From Candidatus Nanoarchaeia archaeon (GTDB taxonomy: Archaea > Nanobdellota > Nanobdellia > Tiddalikarchaeales > Tiddalikarchaeaceae), in the NCBI GenBank assembly GCA_028710615.1, contig JAQTTT010000009.1:1-24000 (forward strand): a DNA stretch of 24,000 nucleotides. The letters run 5' to 3'. Position numbers and translations under genes: made by a program. The notes beneath the pieces were generated by a model, which was not told the origin of the DNA, searched no databases, and worked only from the letters and a program-made list of their open reading frames with translations. Of this stretch, positions 14,559 to 24,000 are shown piece by piece. Position 1 is the stretch's first letter; each line of letters starts with the position of its first letter.

Positions 14559-14825
14559 TTGGTTGAAGAAAAAAAGGATGAATTAGAAGAGGATTTCGTG
14601 CTTTCCCATAATTATAACCCAAAGTTTGAACTATTAAATGCGGACGAAATCCAAAAATTATTTGAGCACTTAAAAATTTCTTCCGGATTGGAGCTTCCAA
14701 AAATTAATCTTAGCGACCCAGTTTGCAAAATTTTCAAAGCAAAGCCAAATGATATTTTTAAAATAACAAGAAAAAGCTACACTGCTGGGGAGAGCATTTT
14801 TTACAGGGTGGTAATTGATGAATAA
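14559..14825 (+). CDS. rpoH: DNA-directed RNA polymerase subunit H (Rpo5)
   Basis: ELPKINLSDPVCKIFKAKPNDIFKITRKSYTAGESIFYRVVI matches the RpoH C-terminal consensus (LPkI...DPv....ga..Gd..kI.R.S.taG....YR.V). It sits directly upstream of rpoB. The TTG start is preceded by GGGGAG at a 7-nt spacing, and GTG 14598 is an alternative. Confidence 0.85.
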   Translation: MVEEKKDELEEDFVLSHNYNPKFELLNADEIQKLFEHLKISSGLELPKINLSDPVCKIFKAKPNDIFKITRKSYTAGESIFYRVVIDE

Positions 14826-16314
14826 GGATTCCAGCAAATTATTGCTTGATGCGTATTTTGAGCAAAGGAAATTAACCAGCCATAATCTTGAAAGTTTTAA
14901 TGTTTTTGTTGAGAAAAGCCTTCAAAAAATCATTGATGAAAATAAATACATAGTGCCTGACATTCTTCCAAATGATGTCACTGAGCTTAAGATAAGGATG
15001 GGCAAGATTTGGATTGAAACTCCGAGCATAAAAGAGGCTGATGGCACTAAAAGAATGATTACTCCAACTGAGGCAAGGATAAGAAACATCACTTATGAGG
15101 CCCCGTTAATGCTTGAATTGACTGTTATAAAAGATGATGTTGAAGAAGAGTCAAAGCAGGTTTGCATTGGAGGGCTTCCAATAATGGTTAAGAGCAAGTA
15201 TTGCTGCTTGAATGGATTAACTGAGGATGAATTAATTAATGTTGGAGAAGACCCGCATGACCAAGGGGGTTATTTTATTATTAATGGCACTGAAAGGATA
15301 ATAATCGTTGTTGAAGATTTGGCTCCGAATAAAATACTTGTTGAGAAATCAACTGCAAAGAAAGGAATGATTGCAAAAGTTTTTAGCGATGACGGCCAAT
15401 ACAAAATTCTTCACAATGTTTACAGGGAAAAAGACGGAATCATTTCAATGAATTTTTCAAGGGTAAAAGAAGTTCCTGCGTTTGGAATGCTTAAAGCTCT
15501 TGGATTTTTTGAAGACCAGGATATTTTAAAGATTCTTGATTTGCCTGAAGAGTACATGGGTGAAATATATGTTAATTTGCTTAAGATTAGCGATTTAAAG
15601 AATGAGAATGATTCGTTTGATTTGGTTGGAAAGAAAATGGGGATAACATATAATTCAGCAATAAGGATTGAAAGGGCTGAGGAAATAATTGATAAAAGCT
15701 TGTTTCCCCATATAGGGCATTCAAAGGATTCAAGAATTCTTAAAGCATATTATTTGGCGAGCATGATAAGAAAGGTTATTTTAAGCGCTCATGGAAAATT
15801 ATCTTCTGATGACAAGGACCATTATAAAAACAAGAGATTAAAATTATGCAAGGAAATGATGGAGTCATTGTTTAGGTCTAATTTCAGGATGTTTATTGGT
15901 GATATGAAATATAATTTTGAAAGGCTTGTGAAAAAAGGAAAAATGCCTTTGATTAACAGCATTACTAGGGGAAAATTATTGACCAGCATGATTAAAAGAA
16001 GCTTGGCAACAGGGCAATGGGTTGGAGGAAGGCAGGGAGTTAGCCAGCACCTGGAAAGGAATAATTATTATGGAACATTAGCTCATTTAAGAAGAGTTGC
16101 GTCATTATTGACAAGCCAAAGGGAGAATTTTAAGGCAAGGGATTTGCATCCGAGCCATTATGGAAGATTATGCGTTAATGAAACTCCTGATGGTCCAAAT
16201 GTTGGATTAAGGAAGAATTTGGCAATAATGGCTGAGATTAGCATTGAGAACAGTGATGATGAAGAAATCATGAATAAAATGGTTGAATTTGGATTAAAGA
16301 GGTTTGAGCAATGA
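14818..16314 (+). CDS. rpoB2: DNA-directed RNA polymerase subunit B'' (N-terminal half of split Rpo2)
   Basis: About 498 aa with N-terminal RpoB/Rpb2 blocks (GGYFIINGTERIIIVVEDLAPNK, RDLHPSHYGRLCVNETPDGPNVGLRKNLA). Stop and start overlap with the next gene in ATGA. The track start TTG 14815 lies one codon upstream of the ATG used here. Confidence 0.96.
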   Translation: MNKDSSKLLLDAYFEQRKLTSHNLESFNVFVEKSLQKIIDENKYIVPDILPNDVTELKIRMGKIWIETPSIKEADGTKRMITPTEARIRNITYEAPLMLELTVIKDDVEEESKQVCIGGLPIMVKSKYCCLNGLTEDELINVGEDPHDQGGYFIINGTERIIIVVEDLAPNKILVEKSTAKKGMIAKVFSDDGQYKILHNVYREKDGIISMNFSRVKEVPAFGMLKALGFFEDQDILKILDLPEEYMGEIYVNLLKISDLKNENDSFDLVGKKMGITYNSAIRIERAEEIIDKSLFPHIGHSKDSRILKAYYLASMIRKVILSAHGKLSSDDKDHYKNKRLKLCKEMMESLFRSNFRMFIGDMKYNFERLVKKGKMPLINSITRGKLLTSMIKRSLATGQWVGGRQGVSQHLERNNYYGTLAHLRRVASLLTSQRENFKARDLHPSHYGRLCVNETPDGPNVGLRKNLAIMAEISIENSDDEEIMNKMVEFGLKRFEQ

Positions 16315-18119
16315 CTGAAGTTTGCTTTAATGGGGTAATAGTTGGAACAGTCAAGAATGCTGAAGAGTTCTCGAACAATCTTAAAAAATTAAGGAGGAAT
16401 AATCAATTAACCAATAAATTAAATGTTCATTATGATAAAAAAGCTGATTCTTTGCAAGTATTGACTGAAGCAGGAAGGGCGAGAAGGCCTTTGATTATTG
16501 TTGAAAACGGGAAATCAAAATTAAATGATGAACTTATTGAGAAGCTTAAAAGCAGGGCATTAAAGTGGAATGATCTGGTTAAATTAGGGGTTATTGAGTA
16601 CTTGGATGCTGAGGAAGAGGAAGATTCTTACATTGCTCTTAATGAAAAAGATTTAAATGAAAAGCACACTCATTTGGAAATAATTAATGCTGGAATACTT
16701 GGAAGCCAAGCAGGGCTTGCCCCATTCTCCAATCATAATTCAACAGGAAGGGTTATGCTTGCTGCGAAAATGATTACGCAAGGGCTTGGAATTTATACAA
16801 CTAATTTTAATTTAAGAATTGACAGCGATGTCAGCATAATGCATTATCCCCAAAAACCTGTTGTTGATACAATGATTTATAAAAATGTGAAGTATGACAG
16901 CCACCCAATAGGCCAAAATGTGGTTATTGCAATAATGACCAATGAAGGTTATAACATGGATGATGCAATAGTGCTTAACAAAGACAGCGTTGGTTTGGGA
17001 TTGTTCCGCTCAACATTTTTCAAGCCCTATATTTGCGAAGAATTAAGGTATTCTGGAGAAAAAGATGAGATTACCCGGCTTCCTGACCCTGATAAAGGAG
17101 TCAGCAGGCTAAGGGGAATGGAAGAAGATTACGCAAAATTAGAGGATGATGGAATAATTTATCCTGAAGCAAAGATTCATCCAAACAGCGTATTGGTTGG
17201 AAAAGTCAGCCCTCCAAGATTTTTAATGGGAACTGAAGAGTTCAGGATGGAAATGAGGGAGAAAAATGATTCAAGCATTGCTTGCGAGAGGGAAGATGGA
17301 AAAGTTGATTCAGTAATATTAACTGAAACAGAGGATGGAAATAAATTTGTGAATATAAGAATAAGGCAGGCAAGAATCCCTGAAATAGGCGACAAGTTTG
17401 CAACAAGGCATGGGCAAAAAGGAGTGATAGGAATGCTTGTTCCTAAAAAAGACATGCCTTTCACTTCAACAGGGGTTTATCCTGACATAATTTTCAGCCC
17501 GCACAGCATACCAAGCAGGATGACAGTGGGGCAATTGATTGAAATAATCGGAGGAAAAGTCGGAGCTCTTGGCGGAAGAAATGTGGATGGAACAATTTTC
17601 TCATCAGAATCTGAAAAAGATTTAAGAACTCAGCTTCATGAATTAGGTTTTAGGGAAAACGGCTCAGAAACATTGTATGACGGGAAAACCGGAAGAATGC
17701 TGAATGTCAGAATATTCATTGGAAACGTTTATTATATGAGATTAAAATACATGGTTTCAAACAAGTATCACATGAGAACAAGAGGGCCAGTCCAATTATT
17801 AACAAGGCAGCCAACTGAAGGAAGGTCAAAAGATGGAGGATTAAGGCTTGGAGAAATGGAAAAAGATGTATTAGTTGCCCATGGGGCCGCTCTATTGCTA
17901 AAAGAAAGATTTGATTCAGACAAAGAAATAATGCCGGTGTGCAGCAAATGCGGAATGATATCTTACATTAATTATTACAGGAACAAAGGAGTTTGCAGCA
18001 TATGCGGAGAAGACGCTCCAGTTACATTCATAGAAATGAGCTACGCGTTCAAGCTATTATTGGATGAATTGAAAAGCTTATGCATTTATCCAAAGTTAAA
18101 CATTAAATACAAGGACTAA
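16311..18119 (+). CDS. rpoB1: DNA-directed RNA polymerase subunit B' (C-terminal half of split Rpo2)
   Basis: GDKFATRHGQKGV, PDIIFSPHSIPSRMTVGQLIE, GNVYYMRLKYMVSNKYHMRTRGPVQLLTRQPTEGRSKDGGLRLGEMEKD, and the C-terminal Zn ribbon CSKCG...CSICG. Confidence 0.97.
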   Translation: MTEVCFNGVIVGTVKNAEEFSNNLKKLRRNNQLTNKLNVHYDKKADSLQVLTEAGRARRPLIIVENGKSKLNDELIEKLKSRALKWNDLVKLGVIEYLDAEEEEDSYIALNEKDLNEKHTHLEIINAGILGSQAGLAPFSNHNSTGRVMLAAKMITQGLGIYTTNFNLRIDSDVSIMHYPQKPVVDTMIYKNVKYDSHPIGQNVVIAIMTNEGYNMDDAIVLNKDSVGLGLFRSTFFKPYICEELRYSGEKDEITRLPDPDKGVSRLRGMEEDYAKLEDDGIIYPEAKIHPNSVLVGKVSPPRFLMGTEEFRMEMREKNDSSIACEREDGKVDSVILTETEDGNKFVNIRIRQARIPEIGDKFATRHGQKGVIGMLVPKKDMPFTSTGVYPDIIFSPHSIPSRMTVGQLIEIIGGKVGALGGRNVDGTIFSSESEKDLRTQLHELGFRENGSETLYDGKTGRMLNVRIFIGNVYYMRLKYMVSNKYHMRTRGPVQLLTRQPTEGRSKDGGLRLGEMEKDVLVAHGAALLLKERFDSDKEIMPVCSKCGMISYINYYRNKGVCSICGEDAPVTFIEMSYAFKLLLDELKSLCIYPKLNIKYKD

Positions 18120-18140
18120 AAAAAAGGGTGAAAAATAATC

Positions 18141-20732
18141 GTGATAAACGTGGTAAAAGAAAAAATAGGAAGCATTGAATTCAGGGTTTTAAGCCCTGAA
18201 CTTATAAAGAGAATGAGTGTTGTAAAGCTAATAACTTCTGAATTATACGATGCAGACGGCTACCCTATTGAAGGGGGATTAATGAATCTTAGAATGGGAG
18301 TGATAGAGCCAGGGCTTAGGTGCAGAACTTGCGGAGGAAGAGTAAAAGAATGCCCAGGACACTTTGGATACATTGAATTGGCTCGACCAGTCCTTCACAT
18401 AAAATATTTGGAATTCATATACAGCTCATTAAGAAGCACTTGCAGCCATTGCGGAAAAATATGCTTGGATGAAAAAACGCTTGAAAAGCTTCAATTAAAA
18501 ATGAACATAGTAAAAAAGCACCAAGGAGAGCTTAAATCATGGGATGTTTCAAAAGAAATAATCTCAAAAGCGAAAAATGCTTTAGCCTGCCCTTATTGCG
18601 GAGAAAAAAGAATAAAAATAAAATTAAAAAAGCCGTACTTTTTTTATGAGGACAAAACAAGAATAACTCCAATAGACATAAGGGAAAGGCTTGAAAAAAT
18701 ATCGGATTCTGACTGCGAATTATTGGGAGTGAATGCTGTGGGAGGAAGGCCTGAATGGATGGTTTTAATAAATTTCCCAGTTCCTCCAGTAACTGTAAGG
18801 CCGTCAATCACGCTTGAAAGCGGGCAAAAATCAGAGGATGATTTAACCCATAAATTGGCAGACATTGTGAGAGCAAACCAAAGGCTTGCAGAAAACCTTA
18901 ACGCAGGAGCTCCGGAAATAATAATAGAAGACTTATGGGATTTGCTCCAATACCACATAACAACATTTTTCTCAAATGAAAACAGCCAAATACCTCCAGC
19001 AAGGCATAAGAACGGAAGAGCGCTAAAAACTTTATCCGAAAGAATAAAGAGCAAAGAAGGAAGATTCAGAAAAAACTTGGCAGGAAAAAGGGTCAATTTC
19101 AGCGCAAGAAGCGTAATATCTCCGGATTCAAACATTAAAGCAAATGAAGTTGGAGTTCCCCAAGTAATGGCTGATGAATTAACAATACCTGAAAGAGTAA
19201 CGAGCTGGAATATTGAATGGCTTAAAAAAATGATAAAGAATTTTCCGCAATACCCATGCGCTTTATATGTGTTCTCGCCTGATGGAAGAAAAAGAAAAAT
19301 AACTGATGAAAGCAAGGAATTATTGCTTGAAGAATTATCCCAAGGATTCATTGTTGAAAGAACAATAATGGACGGAGACACAGTGCTTTTCAACAGGCAG
19401 CCAAGCCTTCACAGAATGAGCATAATGGCCCATAAAGTCAAGGTTTTGCCGGGAAACACTTTCAGAATCAACCCGTTAGTGACTGAGCCGTACAACGCAG
19501 ACTTTGACGGAGATGACATGAACCTGCACATACCCCAGACTGAAGAAGCAAGAGCTGAAGCAGATGAATTAATGGATGTTAACACGCAAATAATCAGCCC
19601 AAAATTTGGAATGCCAACAATTGCCTGCAAGCAAGACCACTTAAGCGGATTATTCATTTTAACAAGAAAAGGAGAAATGTTCAGCAAAGAAGAAGCATTT
19701 CAATTGCTTGCAAGAGCAGGGCTCAATGAAGCTGACTTAAAGTTTGACAAATCAGGAAATGTTAGCGGAAAAGAAATATTTTCATGCGTTCTTCCAAAAG
19801 ATTTTAATTATATTGGAAAAAGCGGATTAAAAGATGAAAAACACGAGGATTTAACAGTCAAAATAATCAACGGAAAATTAGTTTCAGGAGTAATAGATGA
19901 CAAAAGCATTGGCTCAAAAAAAGGATTAATGCTTGCAGAAATAGTTAAGAATTATGACAGGGAAGACGTTAATGTATACTTGCAAAGAATGTCATTGCTG
20001 GGAATAGCAGTGCTTGACATGAAAGGATTCACAGTGCTAAGCAGCGATTCAGATTTGCCTGAAAAAACAGTTTATGAAATAAAAGACGAACTAAAGCAGG
20101 CAATATCAAAAGTGAATAAAGACATTGAAAGCTTCAAGAAAAAAGAAATGATTGCGCTTCCAGGAAGAACTCTCAGGGAAACATTGGAGCAAAAAATAAT
20201 CAACTCGCTTAACAATGCAAGAAACAAGGTTGGATTGCTTGTTTTAAAAAACGCGTCAAGCGATAATTGCAGCATAATAATGTCCAGCAGCGGAGCAAAA
20301 GGAAACGTGCTTAACTTAGCCCAAATGGCAGGATGCGTAGGACAGCAAGTATTAAGAGGATTCAGGCTAAAAAGAGGATACGAATCAAGAGTGCTGCCTC
20401 ACTTCAGAAAAAAAGACTTAGGGGCATTGCCAAGAGGATTCATAAAGCACGGATACAAAGCAGGATTAAACCCAACAGAATTTTTCTTCCACGGAATAAC
20501 ATCAAGAGACTCTCAAATGGACACAAGCCTAAGAACTCCGACAAGCGGATACTTCCAAAGAAGGCTTATAAACGCTTTGCAAGACTTTAAAGTATATGAT
20601 GATTTAAGCGTAAGAACAAGCGATAACCACATTATTCAATTCAAAAGCGGAGAAGACGGAATAGATGTCTCAAAAAGCGATGCAGGAAAAATAGACATTG
20701 ATTTAATAATAAAAAAGGTGGAAAATAAATGA
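18141..20732 (+). CDS. rpoA1: DNA-directed RNA polymerase subunit A' (Rpo1N)
   Basis: Zn motif [16 protein letters not shown] and catalytic [12 protein letters not shown]. The GTG start is preceded by AGGGTGA at a 9-nt spacing. Length is 863 aa. Confidence 0.97.
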   Translation: MINVVKEKIGSIEFRVLSPELIKRMSVVKLITSELYDADGYPIEGGLMNLRMGVIEPGLRCRTCGGRVKECPGHFGYIELARPVLHIKYLEFIYSSLRSTCSHCGKICLDEKTLEKLQLKMNIVKKHQGELKSWDVSKEIISKAKNALACPYCGEKRIKIKLKKPYFFYEDKTRITPIDIRERLEKISDSDCELLGVNAVGGRPEWMVLINFPVPPVTVRPSITLESGQKSEDDLTHKLADIVRANQRLAENLNAGAPEIIIEDLWDLLQYHITTFFSNENSQIPPARHKNGRALKTLSERIKSKEGRFRKNLAGKRVNFSARSVISPDSNIKANEVGVPQVMADELTIPERVTSWNIEWLKKMIKNFPQYPCALYVFSPDGRKRKITDESKELLLEELSQGFIVERTIMDGDTVLFNRQPSLHRMSIMAHKVKVLPGNTFRINPLVTEPYNADFDGDDMNLHIPQTEEARAEADELMDVNTQIISPKFGMPTIACKQDHLSGLFILTRKGEMFSKEEAFQLLARAGLNEADLKFDKSGNVSGKEIFSCVLPKDFNYIGKSGLKDEKHEDLTVKIINGKLVSGVIDDKSIGSKKGLMLAEIVKNYDREDVNVYLQRMSLLGIAVLDMKGFTVLSSDSDLPEKTVYEIKDELKQAISKVNKDIESFKKKEMIALPGRTLRETLEQKIINSLNNARNKVGLLVLKNASSDNCSIIMSSSGAKGNVLNLAQMAGCVGQQVLRGFRLKRGYESRVLPHFRKKDLGALPRGFIKHGYKAGLNPTEFFFHGITSRDSQMDTSLRTPTSGYFQRRLINALQDFKVYDDLSVRTSDNHIIQFKSGEDGIDVSKSDAGKIDIDLIIKKVENK

Positions 20733-21865
20733 AAATTGAAGAATCAGAAAAACTATTGCCCAAAAGCGTATTTGATGAAATGAAAGCAAAAATAAAAGAA
20801 TACAAAATATCAAGCGACAAAACAATAAGCAAAATAACAGAAGAAACAATTAAAGCATACGAGAAATCATTAATATGCCCTGCTGAAAGCATTGGAATAA
20901 TATCTGCGCAAAGCATAGGCGAGCCAGGAACGCAAATGACACTAAACACCAAGCACTTCGCAGGAGTAAGCGAAATGAATGTCACCCAAGGGCTACCAAG
21001 AATCATTGAAATATTCGGAGCGCGAAAGCAAAGCTCCACTCCAAGCATGAAGATATACATTAAAGCCCCGCACAACAATAACGAGAAATTCATAAGGCAA
21101 TTCAGCGCAAACATACTTGAAACTTTGCTAAAAGACTTGTCAAAAGAAATAAATGTTGACTTAATAAACTTCAGGGTTGAAATCGTGCTTGACTTGAACG
21201 AAATGAGAAACATGAATGTTTCAATGGAAAAAATATTAAAGCAAATATCATTAAGCAAAATAAAAGCGGAAATAAAAGAAGAAGGGGACAAAATATATTT
21301 TGTTTCAAAAAACAATGAAGTAAATGATTTATTCAAGCTTAAAGTGCAGGCATCAGAAATATTTATCAGCGGAATAAAAAACATAACCCAAGTGCTTCCC
21401 CAAAAAAAAATATCCGAATTCGTAATATTAACAGCAGGAAGCAATCTGAAAAAAATACTAATCATTCCTGAAGTTGACATACAAAGAACAATAACGAACG
21501 ACATATTTGAAATCAGCAACGTATTGGGCATAGAAGCAGCAAGAACAGCAATAATTGAAGAAGGAATGAATGTATTCAATGAGCAAGGATTATCAATAGA
21601 TGTCAGGCACTTAATGCTAATGGCTGATGTAATGACTCATGACGGAATAGTTAAAGGAATCGGAAGATACGGAGTAAGCGGGCAAAAATCAAGCGTTTTG
21701 GCAAGAGCGAGCTTTGAAGTTGCGCTAAAGCATTTATTCTCAGCAGCAGTGCACAACGAAGTTGACGAATTAAAAGGGGTTGTTGAAAACATAATGATAA
21801 ATCAGCCAATACCTGTTGGAACAGGAGCTTACAAATTAAAATTAAAAGAGGTTAAAAAGAAATGA
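20729..21865 (+). CDS. rpoA2: DNA-directed RNA polymerase subunit A'' (Rpo1C)
   Basis: [19 protein letters not shown] trigger-loop region, then LARASFEV near the C terminus. ATGA overlaps link it to both neighbours. Confidence 0.96.
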   Translation: MKIEESEKLLPKSVFDEMKAKIKEYKISSDKTISKITEETIKAYEKSLICPAESIGIISAQSIGEPGTQMTLNTKHFAGVSEMNVTQGLPRIIEIFGARKQSSTPSMKIYIKAPHNNNEKFIRQFSANILETLLKDLSKEINVDLINFRVEIVLDLNEMRNMNVSMEKILKQISLSKIKAEIKEEGDKIYFVSKNNEVNDLFKLKVQASEIFISGIKNITQVLPQKKISEFVILTAGSNLKKILIIPEVDIQRTITNDIFEISNVLGIEAARTAIIEEGMNVFNEQGLSIDVRHLMLMADVMTHDGIVKGIGRYGVSGQKSSVLARASFEVALKHLFSAAVHNEVDELKGVVENIMINQPIPVGTGAYKLKLKEVKKK

Positions 21866-22125
21866 ATGCAATTGAAAAAATAAAGAAAGCAATAAGCGAA
21901 GACAAGCTTCTAATCGGCGAAAACTCGACAAAAAGAGCATTGAAGTCAGGGAAAGCATTAATGGTTGTGATTTCAAACAATACTCCGCCAACAACGGCAA
22001 AAGAGCTTGAATCTTTATGCAAAATAGGAAAAGCTGAATTCGTTAAATCTGAAAAAGACAATGTGGAATTGGGAGTGACCTGCAGAAAGCCATTTAGCGT
22101 AAGCGTTCTGTCAATAAAAAAGTGA
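21862..22125 (+). CDS. rpl30e: 50S ribosomal protein L30e
   Basis: [26 protein letters not shown]...[17 protein letters not shown] matches archaeal L30e. It holds the conserved position after rpoA''. Confidence 0.9.
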   Translation: MNAIEKIKKAISEDKLLIGENSTKRALKSGKALMVVISNNTPPTTAKELESLCKIGKAEFVKSEKDNVELGVTCRKPFSVSVLSIKK

Positions 22126-22547
22126 AAAAAGAAATGACAAACGTGATGATAAAGCTTGATTCGGACACAATACAGAAATTAGCAATTTTTGAATCAATAA
22201 CGCGGACAAATCTTAAAGACTGCATTGAAGACGAGGATGAAATATACTTCATAGTCAACTCAAAAGATTTGGGAAAAGCAATAGGCAAATCAGCAATCAA
22301 CATTAAAGCCCTTGAAAAAAAATTCAGAAAAAAAATAATATTAATAGGCTTTGAGCAAGACCCCAAAGACTTTGCAATAAACCTGCTAAAACCAATGAAC
22401 GTAAAAAGCATGAGCATTGAAAACGAAGCACTCATAATAACCATATTTGCCTCATCAAAAAATTTTCCGAGCAAAAAAGTTAAAAAGGCTAAAATGCTTT
22501 TAACAAAATACTTCAATAACATAAAAAATGTGATAATAAAGGTGTAA
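22122..22547 (+). CDS. nusA: Archaeal NusA-like transcription termination/antitermination factor (two KH domains)
   Basis: IQKLAIFESITRTNLKDCIEDEDEIYFIV...LGKAIGKSAINIKALEKKF...DPKDFAINLLKP matches archaeal NusA. It holds the conserved operon position. The GTG start (GTGA overlap) has an alternative at ATG 22134. Confidence 0.85.
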   Translation: MKKEMTNVMIKLDSDTIQKLAIFESITRTNLKDCIEDEDEIYFIVNSKDLGKAIGKSAINIKALEKKFRKKIILIGFEQDPKDFAINLLKPMNVKSMSIENEALIITIFASSKNFPSKKVKKAKMLLTKYFNNIKNVIIKV

Positions 22548-22548
22548 A

Positions 22549-22986
22549 ATGAAAAAAACAAGAGGATTATTCGCAGGAAAACAGCTTCAAAAAAGAAGGG
22601 AGAAATTTAAATACGCCAGAAGAGGCTCAAAAGAGCAAGCCTACGGGGTTTGGAAAAAATTTGACCCATTGCACGGAGCGCCAGCAGCAAAGGGAATAGT
22701 TGTAAAAAAGAAAACAGTTGAAAAAAAACAGCCCCACAGCGGATTAATCAAATGCGTAAGCGTTCAATTAGTAAAAAACGGAAAAGTAGTGACAGCATTT
22801 GTCCCTGGAGATGGAGCAATAAAGCACATTGACGAGCACAATGAAGTGGTTATAGAGAGAATAGGAGCTCCAGAAAGAGGAGCAAAAGGAGACATTCCAG
22901 GAGTAAAATTCAAAGTAATAAAAGTGGGCAACAAAGCATTAACTGAACTGCGAAAAAAAGGAGCAAAAGAGGCAGCTAAGAAATGA
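22549..22986 (+). CDS. rps12: 30S ribosomal protein S12 (uS12)
   Basis: GAPAAKGIVVKKKTVEKKQPHSGLIKCVSVQLVKNGKVVTAFVPGDGAIKHIDEHNEVVIERIG...GDIPGVKFKVIKV matches archaeal S12. AAGGTG lies 5 nt upstream of the ATG. Confidence 0.96.
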   Translation: MKKTRGLFAGKQLQKRREKFKYARRGSKEQAYGVWKKFDPLHGAPAAKGIVVKKKTVEKKQPHSGLIKCVSVQLVKNGKVVTAFVPGDGAIKHIDEHNEVVIERIGAPERGAKGDIPGVKFKVIKVGNKALTELRKKGAKEAAKK

Positions 22987-23573
22987 AGCTATTTAACAAG
23001 TATGACACAACAGAAGTAAGAGTATCTGACCCAGGATTAGTAAGATATATTAACTTAAAGCAAACAATTGTTCCCAAAAGCCAGGGAAGAAACATAAAAA
23101 AAAGATTCTGGAAAAGCAAATCCCACATTGCAGAAAGATTAATGCTAAAAATGTTCGTAGCAGGGCACAAAGGAAAAAAGCACTGGAGAACAAGCGGAAG
23201 AAACACAGGCAAATACTCAGTGCAACACAAAAACTTAATGCAGGCATTTGAAATTATTGAATCAAAAACCAAAAAAAATCCGGTGCAAGTATTGGTTGAC
23301 GCAGTAGCAAACTCAAGCCCATGCGCAGAAATAACAGTCATAGAATACGGCGGAATGAAGCACCCCAAAGCAGTTGATGTAGCGCCCCAAAGAAGAATAG
23401 ACTTATCACTAAGATGGATAACCCAAGGAACATACCAAGCATGCGCAAACAAAAAAATAACATTCCCCCAAGCATTAGCCAACACACTGATGCAATCAGC
23501 AGAAAACGACCCAAAAAGCTTCTCAATAAGCAAGAAAAACGAAACAGAAAGGCAAGCAACAGCAAGCAGATAA
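22983..23573 (+). CDS. rps7: 30S ribosomal protein S7 (uS7)
   Basis: 196 aa in the conserved position after S12. The blocks IAERLMLKMFVAGHKGKK...AFEIIE..TKKNPVQVLVDAVANSSP...V.EYGG are typical of archaeal S7. Confidence 0.93.
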   Translation: MKLFNKYDTTEVRVSDPGLVRYINLKQTIVPKSQGRNIKKRFWKSKSHIAERLMLKMFVAGHKGKKHWRTSGRNTGKYSVQHKNLMQAFEIIESKTKKNPVQVLVDAVANSSPCAEITVIEYGGMKHPKAVDVAPQRRIDLSLRWITQGTYQACANKKITFPQALANTLMQSAENDPKSFSISKKNETERQATASR

Positions 23574-23592
23574 ATCACTGTCAAGCAGTAAT

Positions 23593-23605
23593 GTTTTTAA
23601 ATATA
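23593..23605 (+). promoter_or_regulatory. TATA box (GTTTTTAAATATA) for the 23626 gene
   Basis: Centred about 27 nt upstream of ATG 23626. Confidence 0.45.
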
Positions 23606-23625
23606 TTTTTGTCCATTAATATCCT

Positions 23626-24000
23626 ATGATTAGTCATGAAGTTTTAAAACAAGCCTTAAACCCTGAAGCTTTGGCTGAAATAATCAGCAAATATTCTGGC
23701 AGTGATTTAATTAAAACTTTAGTTAACAAGGAAAGCAGAGAAACTGCTCAATACTCAATGGTAAGGCCGAAAAGCATTAATGGGATTGAATATATTTTAT
23801 GCCCAGTTCTCAGCTTATTTGATGAGGAAAACAGTAATGAAGTTGGCTTTGCAATAAATGTTGACCAAGACCATTTTGATGTTTACGCTTATGAGCATAA
23901 CCATAATAATAATGAATCAAAGGTTTACAGCACATTGCCTCATTGCGTTCATAAAGCAGTAACTCTTGATGGAAGCGATTATTCACAAATCAGTGAAGAT
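23626..24000 (+). CDS. Hypothetical protein, 5' partial view (open to the window end, 125 codons seen)
   Basis: Manual translation from ATG 23626 gives MISHEVLKQALNPEALAEIISKYSGSDLIKTLVNKESRETAQYSMVRPKS... with no stop through 24000. It is not in the ORF track. It does not resemble EF-2, which usually follows S7. Confidence 0.5.
   Translation, partial: MISHEVLKQALNPEALAEIISKYSGSDLIKTLVNKESRETAQYSMVRPKSINGIEYILCPVLSLFDEENSNEVGFAINVDQDHFDVYAYEHNHNNNESKVYSTLPHCVHKAVTLDGSDYSQISED

Noticed and set aside
18644-19393. 249-aa minus-strand ORF inside rpoA'
   Set aside because: It lies antisense to an unambiguous RNAP A' coding region. The sequence is hydrophobic and low-complexity, as is typical of shadow ORFs.
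20333-20590. 85-aa R/K-rich plus-strand ORF in an alternate frame of rpoA'
   Set aside because: It is an out-of-frame reading of a purine-rich coding region, and the rpoA' frame is conserved throughout.
20641-21579. 312-aa minus-strand ORF inside rpoA'/rpoA''
   Set aside because: It is a shadow ORF antisense to conserved RNAP subunits. It has an I/F/S/L-rich composition and no start context.
14815-21865. Inteins or large insertions in RNAP subunits
   Set aside because: Subunit lengths (about 498, 602, 863 and 378 aa) are normal, and the conserved blocks are contiguous. No intein-like splice-junction or endonuclease motifs were seen.
22094-23584. 155-aa and 202-aa minus-strand ORFs opposite nusA and rps7, plus small internal ORFs 23050-23247, 23338-23565 and 23414-23629
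   Set aside because: All of them overlap confidently identified, conserved plus-strand genes.
1-24000. Alternative genetic code (stop-codon reassignment)
   Set aside because: TAA, TAG and TGA all terminate conserved genes at the expected lengths. Examples are TGA for cysS, rpoB'' and rpoA', TAA for rpoB' and nusA, and TAG for the acidic micro-ORF.

Overview
The window is visibly AT-rich archaeal DNA. The gene content, the split rpoB and the many tiny ORFs look DPANN-like, but that lineage call is only an inference. The right half (14436-23573) is the canonical archaeal transcription and translation operon, preceded by tRNA-Lys(UUU): rpoH, rpoB'' (rpoB2), rpoB' (rpoB1), rpoA', rpoA'', rpl30e, nusA, rps12, rps7. 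These genes are tightly packed, with ATGA/GTGA start-stop overlaps. The left half holds cysS and an OB-fold SSB/RPA-like gene. It also holds a CxxC-x17-CxxC zinc-ribbon protein, a DUF362 plus 2x[4Fe-4S] protein, a histone-fold-like protein, a ThyX-like protein, a DUF389-like membrane protein, a standalone ATP-cone protein and many lineage-specific small or secreted proteins. The observations most worth follow-up are these. (1) A 627-aa secreted protein is built from nine copies of an unrecognised C-x6-C-x-C-x10/11-C (NCDCS) module and has 50 cysteines. (2) A 27-bp perfect direct repeat duplicates the cysS 3' end and brackets a single-gene insertion. (3) A basic micro-ORF and an acidic micro-ORF sit next to each other, each encoded by perfect tandem repeats, beside a 4xCxxC zinc-finger mini-protein. 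(4) A 383-aa ThyX-like protein looks like two fused ThyX domains with complementary loss of signature motifs. (5) A membrane-tethered wHTH regulator is followed by a sequon-rich secreted protein and an untracked 58-aa lipobox ORF. Most monocistronic genes carry a TTTTTAAA-type TATA element about 26-31 nt upstream of the start codon, which suggests leaderless mRNAs. No CRISPR array, rRNA, transposase or integrase was seen. All functional calls rest on motif or pattern recognition by eye, and no database search was run.
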